24,000 nt of DNA from Pseudomonadales bacterium (GTDB taxonomy: Bacteria; Pseudomonadota; Gammaproteobacteria; Pseudomonadales; Pseudohongiellaceae). Shown piece after piece: positions 16,111 to 24,000 of this stretch. Under the pieces are notes generated by a model. It made no database searches and was not told where the DNA came from. It was given only the letters and a program-made list of their open reading frames with translations. The stretch's first letter is position 1, and each line of letters starts with the position of its first letter. Made by a program: the position numbers and the translations under genes. The DNA lies in NCBI GenBank assembly GCA_024234365.1, contig JACKOK010000005.1, forward strand, positions 79,219-103,218. Reading direction: 5' to 3'.

Positions 16111-16480
16111 ACCTTTTCCTGTTCCTGCTTCGCTGCGGCAGAACTTTCGTTTCAGGCGTCAAAAAAACAGCGCTATCCGCTGCGAGGGCGGGTTTGCGGC
16201 AATTTTGACGCGGGAAAACCGTGTGAGGGTAAAAGAAGCAATTTATATGCCGGGTTCCTGCCCGCGCCTTCAGGGAATCCCGAAGGGGAATTTCTTCGGG
16301 CATATCCCTGCATACGGGAGCGTGGGTCAAGGGGATGGAAACGAGCCTTGAGAGACGTTCTTCTTTTGCCGCTGCGCACCGTTACCAGGGCTTGCCGCTT
16401 GAGCGGAAATGCCTTGCCGATTTCCGTTTTTTTAGGGTGAAAAAATATATAACTATATGATATTAAATAAAAAATAATTT

Positions 16481-16496
16481 TGGCATAAGTATTGCT
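16481..16496 (+). promoter_or_regulatory. Sigma54 (RpoN) -24/-12 promoter upstream of flgB
   Basis: TGGCAT-AAGTA-TTGCT (GG at 16482-83, GC at 16494-95) matches TGGCAC-N5-TTGCW with correct spacing. It lies about 58 nt before the flgB ATG and is immediately preceded by a ~45-nt almost pure A/T tract (16437-16480). Confidence 0.6.
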
Positions 16497-16553
16497 CCCT
16501 GCTTTGCAACACACCGCTTTTGGGCGGCAACGGCAAACAGACAGGCAGACATT

Positions 16554-16970
16554 ATGGCAATCAGTTTCTCTCAGGCTCTTGGGGTACATGAACAGGCGCT
16601 GCTGTTACGCGGTCAGCGTTCGCAGATTCTGGCCACCAATATCGCCAATGCCGATACCCCCGGCTACAAGGCACGGGATTTTGACTTTGCTGCCGTGCTG
16701 AAGCATCGCATGGGCATGGCGCAGGACGAAATTGCTCTGAACACCACCCGCCCCGGCCACATCGGTGACAACACGGTTGCCGGTAGTGGCGCGGTGTCAG
16801 AAGACAATCTGCTTTACCGCATTCCGCTGCAGCCTTCTCTGGACGGTAATACCGTGGATGAACAGTTCGAAAACGCCAATTTTGCCCGCAATGCCCTGGA
16901 GCACCAGGCGAGCTTCCAGTTTCTCAACGGGAAGTTCGCGGGAATCATGAAAGCCCTGCGCGGAGAGTGA
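16554..16970 (+). CDS. flgB: Flagellar basal-body rod protein FlgB
   Basis: The protein is 138 aa. It carries the ILATNIANADTPGYKARD N-terminal rod motif and is first in the flgBCDEFGH order. Confidence 0.9.
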   Translation: MAISFSQALGVHEQALLLRGQRSQILATNIANADTPGYKARDFDFAAVLKHRMGMAQDEIALNTTRPGHIGDNTVAGSGAVSEDNLLYRIPLQPSLDGNTVDEQFENANFARNALEHQASFQFLNGKFAGIMKALRGE

Positions 16971-16972
16971 TG

Positions 16973-17422
16973 ATGAGCCTGATGTCCATTTTTGATATTT
17001 CCGGTTCCGCCATGAGTGCCCAGAGCGTGCGGCTGAACACGACTGCCAGCAATATGGCCAATGCCAATAGCGCGGCAGGAAGCCCGGATGAACTCTACCG
17101 CGCCCGTCAGCCGGTGTTTGCCACGGTGCGTGCCGGGCTGCTGAACCAGGCCAATGCCGATGCCTTCGGATTTGGTGGAGACGACAGTGTCGGGCAGGGC
17201 GTGCGGGTGACAGATATTGTGGAGTCCACGGCACCTTTTCAGCAGCGCTATGAGCCGGGCCATCCCCTGGCGGATGCCGAGGGGTATGTGTACTACCCGA
17301 ACGTGAATATCGTGGATGAGATGACGAACATGATTTCCTCCTCTCGTTCCTACCAGATGAATGTCGATGTGATGAATGCCGCGCGCACGATGATGCAGCG
17401 TGTGCTGTCACTGGGCCAGTAA
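16973..17422 (+). CDS. flgC: Flagellar basal-body rod protein FlgC
   Basis: MSLMSIFDISGSAMSAQSVRLNTTASNMANANS is a typical FlgC N-terminus, and the C-terminus is MISSSRSYQMNVDVMNAARTMMQRVLSLG. GGAGAG (16962-16967) gives a 5-nt spacer to ATG 16973. GTG 16967 and ATG 16970 are in-frame alternatives. Confidence 0.9.
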   Translation: MSLMSIFDISGSAMSAQSVRLNTTASNMANANSAAGSPDELYRARQPVFATVRAGLLNQANADAFGFGGDDSVGQGVRVTDIVESTAPFQQRYEPGHPLADAEGYVYYPNVNIVDEMTNMISSSRSYQMNVDVMNAARTMMQRVLSLGQ

Positions 17423-17462
17423 GCAGAATTGGAGATCAACGCAGTGTCATCAGGAGACGCTC

Positions 17463-18155
17463 ATGAGTGAAGTAACAAGCAATCAGAACGCCCTGAACAG
17501 GGTACTGGCGGATTACTCGCTGACCCGCCAGCAGCAGGAACCCCAGAAAAACAATGATCTGGGACGTAACGAATTCCTGCGTCTGCTGGTGGCGCAACTG
17601 GAAAACCAGGACCCGACCAAGCCCCAGGACAACGGCGAGTTCGTGGCTCAACTGGCACAGTTCTCCTCGCTGGAAGAGGCCCAGAAGATGAGCGCGAGTT
17701 TTGAGAGCTTCAGCTCCGCCTTCCAGTCTTCCCAGCATCTGCAAGCAACGTCCCTGGTGGGGCGCCCCGTGCATGTGGAGACGGACACCACGGCGTTGCT
17801 GGAAACCGGCGGCATCAGCGTGATTGCCGATCTGCCGCGCAGCACCGAGTTCGCTCAGCTCAGTGTGTACAACCAGTCCGGTGCGCTGGTGGAGAGTTTC
17901 AATCTGGGGCCACAGAGCGAAGGTCGCAACGAATTCATCTGGACGGGTTACGATGCCAACGATCAGCGTTTTCCCTCGGACGAGTACACCTTCCGCGTCA
18001 GCATTCCGGATGCCAGCGGTGATGGGGCAGAACAGGTAACAACCTACCTGAGCGCCAACGTCAACAGCGTCACCATTGAGCCGGGAGGTGGTTTGACACT
18101 GAACCTGGCGGGTGTGGGCCCGACACCGTTGTCCGAGGTTATCCAGATCAACTGA
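17463..18155 (+). CDS. flgD: Flagellar hook assembly (capping) protein FlgD
   Basis: ATG 17463 follows AGGAG (17452-17456). It carries the conserved block FLRLLVAQLENQDPTKPQDNGEFVAQLAQFSSLE. The protein is 230 aa. Confidence 0.9.
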   Translation: MSEVTSNQNALNRVLADYSLTRQQQEPQKNNDLGRNEFLRLLVAQLENQDPTKPQDNGEFVAQLAQFSSLEEAQKMSASFESFSSAFQSSQHLQATSLVGRPVHVETDTTALLETGGISVIADLPRSTEFAQLSVYNQSGALVESFNLGPQSEGRNEFIWTGYDANDQRFPSDEYTFRVSIPDASGDGAEQVTTYLSANVNSVTIEPGGGLTLNLAGVGPTPLSEVIQIN

Positions 18156-18219
18156 ACGAAGTACCCGGCATTCGATTTTTACATATTGCAGTACCAGTCT
18201 CTGAGAAAGGGGTGAACAC

Positions 18220-21200
18220 ATGAGTTTTAACATCGGTTTGAGCGCACTGGCCGCAGCACAGGAAGAGATTGCTGTCACCGGTAACAATATCGCCAACGCC
18301 AGCACCAATGGCTTCAAATCTTCGCGTACCGAATTTGCGGACGTGTTTGCCGCGTCCGTGCTCGGTGGTGGGGCAAGTCAGACCGGTGGCGGTGTCGGCG
18401 TGCAGGCGATTTCGCAAAACTTTTCCCAAGGCAATATTACCTTTACCGACAACACGCTGGACCTGGCGATCAACGGCAACGGTTTCTTTATCCTGCGCGG
18501 TGAGGACGGCAATGTGTTTACCCGGGCGGGCTCTTTCGGCACCGATCGTAATGGCAATATCGTCAACAGCCTCGGCGAGAAGCTGCAGGGTTTTGCGGCA
18601 ACACCGGACGGCAAGGCATCTGGTGGTGGTCCGTTGACCGATCTGGTGGTGACCACGGGGGAGATTCCCCCTCAGGCAACGACGCTGGTCAGCAGCCGCA
18701 TCAACCTCGATGCCACCGCTTCGCCTTCTTCCATCATTGGCACCAAGGTTCTGTCGAACAGCGGCCAGTCAGGCGTTCCCCAGTTCGGTACCCGCGTGGC
18801 ACGCCCCGCTGTCGTATCAGGAACCATCAGCACGGCAGGCACGGATTTCTCCGGCACCACCTCGGCCCGCACCGTGGGCACCTCCAACGTGTCCGGTGGC
18901 ATTAATTTTACGGCAGGAACCGGTGCCCAGAGTTTTTCCATCAGCGTCAACGGTGGTCCCTTTCAGTCCATTGATCTTTCTGCGGTAAACGCGGCAGACG
19001 GCACAGCGGTGGTGGCCGCGGTGAATGCAGCCCTGGCGGGGGCCGGTTTCACCGGCGCCAATGCCATCGATGTATCACTGGAGAACAATCGTCTGGTGCT
19101 GCAAACCACCGCAACAGGGGATTCGTCCCGTATTACCATCAGCGCGGTGCAGGGCCTGGCCTCCAATATCGTCAGCGCGACAGACGTCAAGGGCAAGACC
19201 GCACCGCCCACGGGCTTCACGATTACGCTGGACGGGGTTTCCCGCAATATTGTCATCGACAAGAATTTCACCAATACCGGGGCGGCAGCACTGGCGCTGG
19301 GGGGCGGTTCGGGCTCCGGTAATGAGGCGCTGGAAGACTATATCCAGTCCCAGATCAACACCAGTGCCGCGCTGCTGGGCAAGGTCACGGTCTCCATCGA
19401 TGCCAATGGCGCCATTCTCTTTGAGACCACGTCACAGACGGCCCAGACCTTGACGGTCAATCCGCTCAACTCCGTCAGTGGCGGCGTGAGCTTCGATCAG
19501 GTGGTGAGTTTTGCCACCACGAGACGAACCGGCACGCTGGATACCACGGACCTGGACTTCTCGACCGATAACACCAGCTTCACGATCACGGTAGATGGGC
19601 AGAGCCTGCAGATCACCCTCGCGGATGACTACAATGCTTCCGGTGGGCCGTCTTCCATTCTCGGTGAATTTGCCGAGTCCGGTCTGGAGGCGCTGGAAGA
19701 CGAGATTCAGAAACAGATCAATGCTTCCACTCTGCCGGGAGCCGTGAATGTCTCCGTCGGTTCCGATGGTCGCATCGTTTTCGAGATTACCGACTCGGAT
19801 TACAAGTCCCTGAAAGTGGCGAGTGACAGCAAGCCCGCCCAGATACAGGGGGCGGTGAATGTCAGCAGTGGTTATGACTTCAGTGCCGACAATTACACCT
19901 TCACCATCACCTACGAAGACGCAACGCTGGGCACGGTGACCTCCAACGCCATTACCCTGGACCAGAAGTACGACACCGGGCAGGAAGTCATCGACGCTTT
20001 GCAGAATGAAATCAATACCGACACCAATTTTGCCTTCCCCCTGGGCAAGGAACAGGTTCGTGCCCGTCTGGACTCCGCGACCGGTCAGGTCATCATCGAG
20101 ACGGTGGATACCGGCCCTTCGTCGGAATTGAACGTGGCGGTAACGGCGCCGGGGGCTGGTCCTTATGTCATCGGTAATCCGGGAGCACCGGTCAACGGCC
20201 AGGGCCCGGAGCTGGATTTCGCGAGCATCGTGACCTTCAACGGCAGCGAATTGAGCAATACCGGTGCCGCCGCAGTTGGCAATGGGTATGCCGCTGAAAC
20301 CATTCAGGTGACGGATGGTTCGGGAACCAAACAACTGGTCACGGTTGCCGCGGGTTCCACTGCCGCGCAGGTGGCCCAGCAGTTCTCCAACGTGCCGGGT
20401 ATCACCGCCACCGCCAGCACCGTGGCCTATATCGTGGCCACCAATACCGGTGACCCGGAGAACAAGGGGGCAGGCAGCAGCGGTGTCATCCCCAACCTGC
20501 CACTGAACTTCACCATCAACGGCAGCGAGTTTGAGACCCCTTTGTCAGACCCTAACGACCGTCTGCAGGATCTGGTGAACCAGATCAATGGCTCCACCGG
20601 CAATCTCAGTGCCCGTCTTGTGACCCTGGATTCGGGAACACAATTGCTGGAGGTCACCGAGAACAACGGTGCCAACCTGGTATTTACCGGCGGGGCGAAC
20701 GGCAAGGGTGCCATCACCATCGGTGCTTCCACCCGCGACCCGGTCAGCGGCGAACTGGTCTATGACGATTCGGTAGCCACGAAGCAGATCGCCAACCTCG
20801 CCAACCTGAGCAATGACGGCGTGGTTGTCGGGGGGGTGGTGGAGTTCACGCTCGATGAGAACGTGGTGATGGTGGATGCTGCCAAATCCCCAAGCGGCGT
20901 GGATATTCTGCCCGTGAATAACAGTATCTTCGGCAATATCAGCGATTCCGATGCGCTGGTGGGGACGCAGTTCGAACTGAACACCTTTGACCCGCTGAAC
21001 CCGGAAACCTATTACCGATCCACCGCCGTGGCGATTTTCGATACGGTCGGTATTCAACATACCCTGACGCAGTATTTCGTCAAGGAGCGTGCAAATGGGG
21101 CGGGAGATGTTGGTGGCGTCTGGAGCGTGTATTTCCAGATCGACGGCAAGGATATCGGCTACGATCCGGGCGGTCTGGACACCACGCCAGTGCTTGCCAA

Positions 21201-21789
21201 GGCGACCGTTCGCTTCAATGAGGCCGGTTTATATGACCAGACTCAGGACCCGATCTACGTCACCAACTGGACTCCGCTGGACAGTGCCGGCAAGCCCTCC
21301 GGTGCCGGGCCTGTTCCGGGCAACACCACGGTGGCGGAGTTGACCACCAACTCCAACTTCCGCATCGACCTGACCAAGATGACTCAATACGGCGGTGATT
21401 TCTCGGTGTTGTCCAACACCCAGAACGGTTTCGCCAAGGGGCAGTTGACCGGTCTGGATATCAATGACCGTGGCGCTATCTTCGCCCGTTTCTCCAATGG
21501 CCAGTCAACCATTCTGGGTGAGGTGGCGCTGGCCAAGTTTGATGATCAGTCCAAGCTCGCCAATGCCGGTGGCACGCGCTTCTCGGAAACCTCGGCTTCG
21601 GGTACCGGCACACCCAGTGGCGCAGGCACGGCAGGTCTGGGCGTGATTCAGTCGGGTGCACTGGAGGATTCCAACGTGGATCTGTCCGAACAACTGGTGC
21701 AATTGATCGTCTCGCAGCGCAACTTCCAGGCGGCGGCACAGATCATCGAATCCGCAGACACCGCCACACAGACCATTATCAATCTGTAA
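18220..21789 (+). CDS. flgE: Flagellar hook protein FlgE, giant form (1189 aa) with a ~750-aa central repeat-containing insertion
   Basis: The N-terminus is MSFNIGLSALAAAQEEIAVTGNNIANASTNGFK ... LAINGNGFF. The canonical D2/D1 part resumes at FDPLNPETYYRSTAVAIFDTVGIQHTLTQYFVKE (aa 923 onward). The C-terminus is LEDSNVDLSEQLVQLIVSQRNFQAAAQIIESADTATQTIINL. The gene sits in the flgD-flgE-flgF position. Residues ~168-915 have no counterpart in ordinary ~400-460-aa hook proteins. Confidence 0.9.
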   Translation: MSFNIGLSALAAAQEEIAVTGNNIANASTNGFKSSRTEFADVFAASVLGGGASQTGGGVGVQAISQNFSQGNITFTDNTLDLAINGNGFFILRGEDGNVFTRAGSFGTDRNGNIVNSLGEKLQGFAATPDGKASGGGPLTDLVVTTGEIPPQATTLVSSRINLDATASPSSIIGTKVLSNSGQSGVPQFGTRVARPAVVSGTISTAGTDFSGTTSARTVGTSNVSGGINFTAGTGAQSFSISVNGGPFQSIDLSAVNAADGTAVVAAVNAALAGAGFTGANAIDVSLENNRLVLQTTATGDSSRITISAVQGLASNIVSATDVKGKTAPPTGFTITLDGVSRNIVIDKNFTNTGAAALALGGGSGSGNEALEDYIQSQINTSAALLGKVTVSIDANGAILFETTSQTAQTLTVNPLNSVSGGVSFDQVVSFATTRRTGTLDTTDLDFSTDNTSFTITVDGQSLQITLADDYNASGGPSSILGEFAESGLEALEDEIQKQINASTLPGAVNVSVGSDGRIVFEITDSDYKSLKVASDSKPAQIQGAVNVSSGYDFSADNYTFTITYEDATLGTVTSNAITLDQKYDTGQEVIDALQNEINTDTNFAFPLGKEQVRARLDSATGQVIIETVDTGPSSELNVAVTAPGAGPYVIGNPGAPVNGQGPELDFASIVTFNGSELSNTGAAAVGNGYAAETIQVTDGSGTKQLVTVAAGSTAAQVAQQFSNVPGITATASTVAYIVATNTGDPENKGAGSSGVIPNLPLNFTINGSEFETPLSDPNDRLQDLVNQINGSTGNLSARLVTLDSGTQLLEVTENNGANLVFTGGANGKGAITIGASTRDPVSGELVYDDSVATKQIANLANLSNDGVVVGGVVEFTLDENVVMVDAAKSPSGVDILPVNNSIFGNISDSDALVGTQFELNTFDPLNPETYYRSTAVAIFDTVGIQHTLTQYFVKERANGAGDVGGVWSVYFQIDGKDIGYDPGGLDTTPVLAKATVRFNEAGLYDQTQDPIYVTNWTPLDSAGKPSGAGPVPGNTTVAELTTNSNFRIDLTKMTQYGGDFSVLSNTQNGFAKGQLTGLDINDRGAIFARFSNGQSTILGEVALAKFDDQSKLANAGGTRFSETSASGTGTPSGAGTAGLGVIQSGALEDSNVDLSEQLVQLIVSQRNFQAAAQIIESADTATQTIINL

Positions 21790-21829
21790 CACGGGCAACC
21801 TGGCCCTGTAATGAGTAGAGGATAGGCAA

Positions 21830-22570
21830 ATGGACAAGGCGCTTTATGTCGGCATGAATGCCGCGTCGCAGAACATGCTGGCGCAGGCCGTGAATGCCAA
21901 CAATCTGGCCAATGCGAGCACGACCGGTTTCCGTTCGGACTTCTCGCAGGCGCTGGCCTTGCAAGTGCAGGGGGACGGCTATCTGTCCCGTGCCTACAAC
22001 CAGTCCGAGACGCCGGCTTCCGATTTTGCACAGGGGCCGCTGCGACAGACTGGTAACGATATGGATATCGCCATTCAGGGCGAGGGCTGGATCAGCGTTG
22101 TCGCCCGCGATGGTTCCGAGGCCTATAGCCGTGCCGGCGAGCTGACACTCAGCCCCCTGGGGGAACTGATGACTGCCGATGGCCTGCCGGTGCTGGGCAA
22201 CGCAGGGCCGATTGCGCTGCCTCCCTTTGAGAAACTGGAAATCGGCAATGACGGCACGCTGTCCATTCGTGAACTGGGGCAGGGGCCACAGGTCATGTCG
22301 GTGCTGGATCGCATCAAACTGGTAAACCCGAATACCCAGGATCTGGTGAAGGGGGCAGATGGCCTGTTTCGTCGCCGTGATGGTGCCGAGGAGATTGCCG
22401 ATGGCAATGTGCGTGTTGCTGCCGGTTATCTGGAAGGCAGCAATGTCAATGTCGTAGACGCGATGGTGGAAATGATTGCTCTGACCCGTAACTACGAACT
22501 CAATATCAAACTGATGCAGACAGCGGAACGAAATTCCGAGGCCGCGGCCACTCTGCTGAGAATTCAATAA
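21830..22570 (+). CDS. flgF: Flagellar basal-body rod protein FlgF
   Basis: The protein is 246 aa. The N-terminus is MDKALYVGMNAASQNMLAQAVNANNLANASTTGFR and the C-terminus is LEGSNVNVVDAMVEMIALTRNYELNIKLMQTAE. Confidence 0.9.
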   Translation: MDKALYVGMNAASQNMLAQAVNANNLANASTTGFRSDFSQALALQVQGDGYLSRAYNQSETPASDFAQGPLRQTGNDMDIAIQGEGWISVVARDGSEAYSRAGELTLSPLGELMTADGLPVLGNAGPIALPPFEKLEIGNDGTLSIRELGQGPQVMSVLDRIKLVNPNTQDLVKGADGLFRRRDGAEEIADGNVRVAAGYLEGSNVNVVDAMVEMIALTRNYELNIKLMQTAERNSEAAATLLRIQ

Positions 22571-22584
22571 GCAAGGATCACATC

Positions 22585-23370
22585 ATGCATCCCGCTCTCT
22601 ATGTCTCCAAAACCGGGCTCAGTGCCCAGGACAAACAGCTCACGAGCCTGTCGAACAACCTCTCCAACGTGGCCACCACCGGCTTCAAACGTGATCGCGT
22701 GGTGTTTCAGGACCTGCTGTACCAGATTTATCGTCAGCCGGGTGGCAACTCTACCCAGGACACGCTGCTGCCCTCCGGTATGCAGATGGGGACCGGGGTG
22801 CGCACGGTGGGCACACAGAAGGTGTTCTCCCAGGGCGCATTGCAGACCACGGAAGAAACGCTGGACGTGGCCATTAATGGCCGCGGCTTTTTCCAGATCA
22901 CCATGCCCGATGGCACGGCGGCCTACACCCGTGATGGTCAGTTCCAGCTCAGTGCGGAAGGGCAACTGGTGACGACTGACGGACTGATTGTGGCGCCGGG
23001 CATCAGCATTCCCATCAATGCCAGTACAGTGACCATTGGTACCGATGGCACCGTGACGGCGGTGGTGGCAGGCGAAACCGCATCCACCCAGGTGGGCAAC
23101 CTGACCCTGGTGGATTTCGTGAACCCATCCGGTCTGCAGGCCATGGGGGGCAATCTGTTCCGCGAAACGGTTGCCAGTGGCAGCCCGCAGGAATCCACCC
23201 CCGGCACCAATGGCCTGGGCTCTCTGGAGCAGGGCTTGCTGGAAAACTCCAACGTGGACGTGGTGGAGGAGCTGGTCAATATGATTACCACCCAGCGTGC
23301 CTACGAGATGAACTCCCGCGTGATCTCCACAGCGGATCAGATGCTGCAGTTCATCAGCCAGAATCTGTAA
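22585..23370 (+). CDS. flgG: Flagellar basal-body distal rod protein FlgG
   Basis: The protein is 261 aa. Marks are LYVSKTGLSAQDKQLTSLSNNLSNVATTGFKRDR, AINGRGFFQI and LENSNVDVVEELVNMITTQRAYEMNSRVISTADQML. AAGGA lies 7 nt upstream of the ATG. Confidence 0.92.
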   Translation: MHPALYVSKTGLSAQDKQLTSLSNNLSNVATTGFKRDRVVFQDLLYQIYRQPGGNSTQDTLLPSGMQMGTGVRTVGTQKVFSQGALQTTEETLDVAINGRGFFQITMPDGTAAYTRDGQFQLSAEGQLVTTDGLIVAPGISIPINASTVTIGTDGTVTAVVAGETASTQVGNLTLVDFVNPSGLQAMGGNLFRETVASGSPQESTPGTNGLGSLEQGLLENSNVDVVEELVNMITTQRAYEMNSRVISTADQMLQFISQNL

Positions 23371-23406
23371 CAGACGTTTCGAACAGAGAGTTTCAGGAGC
23401 CTTGCC

Positions 23407-24000
23407 ATGAAGACAGGAATTCCGGCCATCATTCTGACTTTACCCCTGCTGGTGGCCTGCACGGCGACACCAAGCAACTATCCCGAGCCGAATGATCCCC
23501 GTTATGCCCCGGTGATGACGCCAACCCCGGTCACGCCCGTGCAGCAGACTGGCCTGATCTACACCCGCAACAGCGCGGTGGATCTGTATCAGCGCCGTGC
23601 GCATCGGGTGGGGGATGTGCTGACCATCAGCCTTAACGAAGCAACGACAGCAAGAAAGTCGTCCGGCACTTCCTTCACCAAGGAGAATGCAACGGCACTG
23701 GGCAACAACAATGTGCTGGGCACCGGCTTCATGAATTCCGGCCTGGCGCTGAACGGCGATATAGCCAGCAGCGTGGATTTTCAGGGCAGTGGCGAAGCTG
23801 ACCAGAGCAATCAACTGGTCGGCAGTATCACCGTGACGGTCTCCAATGTGTTGCCCAACGGCCTTCTTGAAGTGCGTGGTGAGAAGTGGTTGCAGCTGAA
23901 TCGCGGTAACGAGTTCATCCGCATCAGCGGCCTGGTGCGCAAGGAAGATATCGCGCCCGACAACAGCATTCTGTCAACGCGGGTGGCAGACGTGCGCATT
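23407..24000 (+). CDS. flgH: Flagellar L-ring lipoprotein FlgH, N-terminal 198 codons; the 3' end lies outside the window
   Basis: This ORF is not in the supplied ORF track because no stop occurs before the window edge. ATG 23407 follows AGGAG (23395-23399). MKTGIPAIILTLPLLVAC contains an LVAC lipobox. Conserved FlgH blocks are RAHRVGDVLTISLNEAT, VGSITVTVSNVLPNGLLEVRGEKW and IRISGLVRKEDI. Confidence 0.88.
   Translation, partial: MKTGIPAIILTLPLLVACTATPSNYPEPNDPRYAPVMTPTPVTPVQQTGLIYTRNSAVDLYQRRAHRVGDVLTISLNEATTARKSSGTSFTKENATALGNNNVLGTGFMNSGLALNGDIASSVDFQGSGEADQSNQLVGSITVTVSNVLPNGLLEVRGEKWLQLNRGNEFIRISGLVRKEDIAPDNSILSTRVADVRI

Noticed and set aside
16131-16215. Sigma28-like -10 element (GCGGATAG on the minus strand, complement of about 16173-16180) upstream of flgA.
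   Set aside because: There is no TAAA-type -35 element at the required spacing, so the flgA promoter remains unidentified.
16111-16553. ORFs within the flgA-flgB intergenic region (16023..16208, 16073..16330, 16173..16589, 16492..16701).
   Set aside because: They have no RBS, implausible composition and overlap promoter elements. The region is better explained as a divergent regulatory region.
19432-20334. 300-aa ORF antisense to the flgE insertion. Also 20545..21060, and 21779..22567 antisense to flgF.
   Set aside because: The sense strand has clear flagellar homology and repeat structure. The antisense products have shadow-ORF composition and no start-site support.
21801-21815. Sigma54-like TGGCCC-N5-TGAG upstream of flgF.
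   Set aside because: The -24 element is plausible but the -12 element lacks the GC dinucleotide, and the motif sits only 15 nt from the ATG. A separate promoter is not supported.
1-24000. CRISPR arrays, IS elements or transposases, rRNA, and defence-system hallmark genes.
   Set aside because: No regularly spaced short repeats, terminal inverted repeats flanking a transposase-like ORF, or recognisable nuclease, helicase or methylase motifs were seen on either strand.

Overview
This is a GC-rich proteobacterial chromosomal window with gammaproteobacterial, Pseudomonas-like gene organisation. All family assignments come from motif recognition by eye; no searches were run. The left third (1-9700) holds the 3' part of a PPK2 gene, two convergent secreted hydrolase genes (a TolB-propeller/amidohydrolase fusion and an M28 peptidase with an FN3 tail), a divergent metal-handling pair (an HMA-domain membrane protein and a 46-aa desulforedoxin-like Cys-rich protein), a short-Q-loop cytochrome bd oxidase operon (cydAB/cioAB type), and a GFA/CENP-V-family gene that looks frameshifted. 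The centre (9700-13560) looks more accessory. It holds a secreted hypothetical protein with decayed-looking sequence downstream of it, tRNA-Arg(CCT), a long imperfect palindrome, a cassette with visibly more AT-rich stretches encoding a double AP2-domain DNA-binding protein and a 79-aa hypothetical, an ORF-poor 0.5 kb stretch, and an overlapping GT2/DUF2064 glycosyltransferase-like pair. The right 10 kb is a flagellar locus with ycgR(flgZ)-flgN-flgM-flgA on the minus strand, diverging from flgB-C-D-E-F-G-H(partial) on the plus strand. A sigma54-type promoter precedes flgB and a sigma28-like promoter precedes flgM. The most unusual object is flgE. It encodes 1189 aa, with a normal hook N-terminus (~165 aa) and C-terminus (~275 aa) separated by a ~750-aa insertion built from at least five tandem modules that resemble the flagellin 'IN' motif. 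I saw no CRISPR array, transposase, integrase or rRNA.
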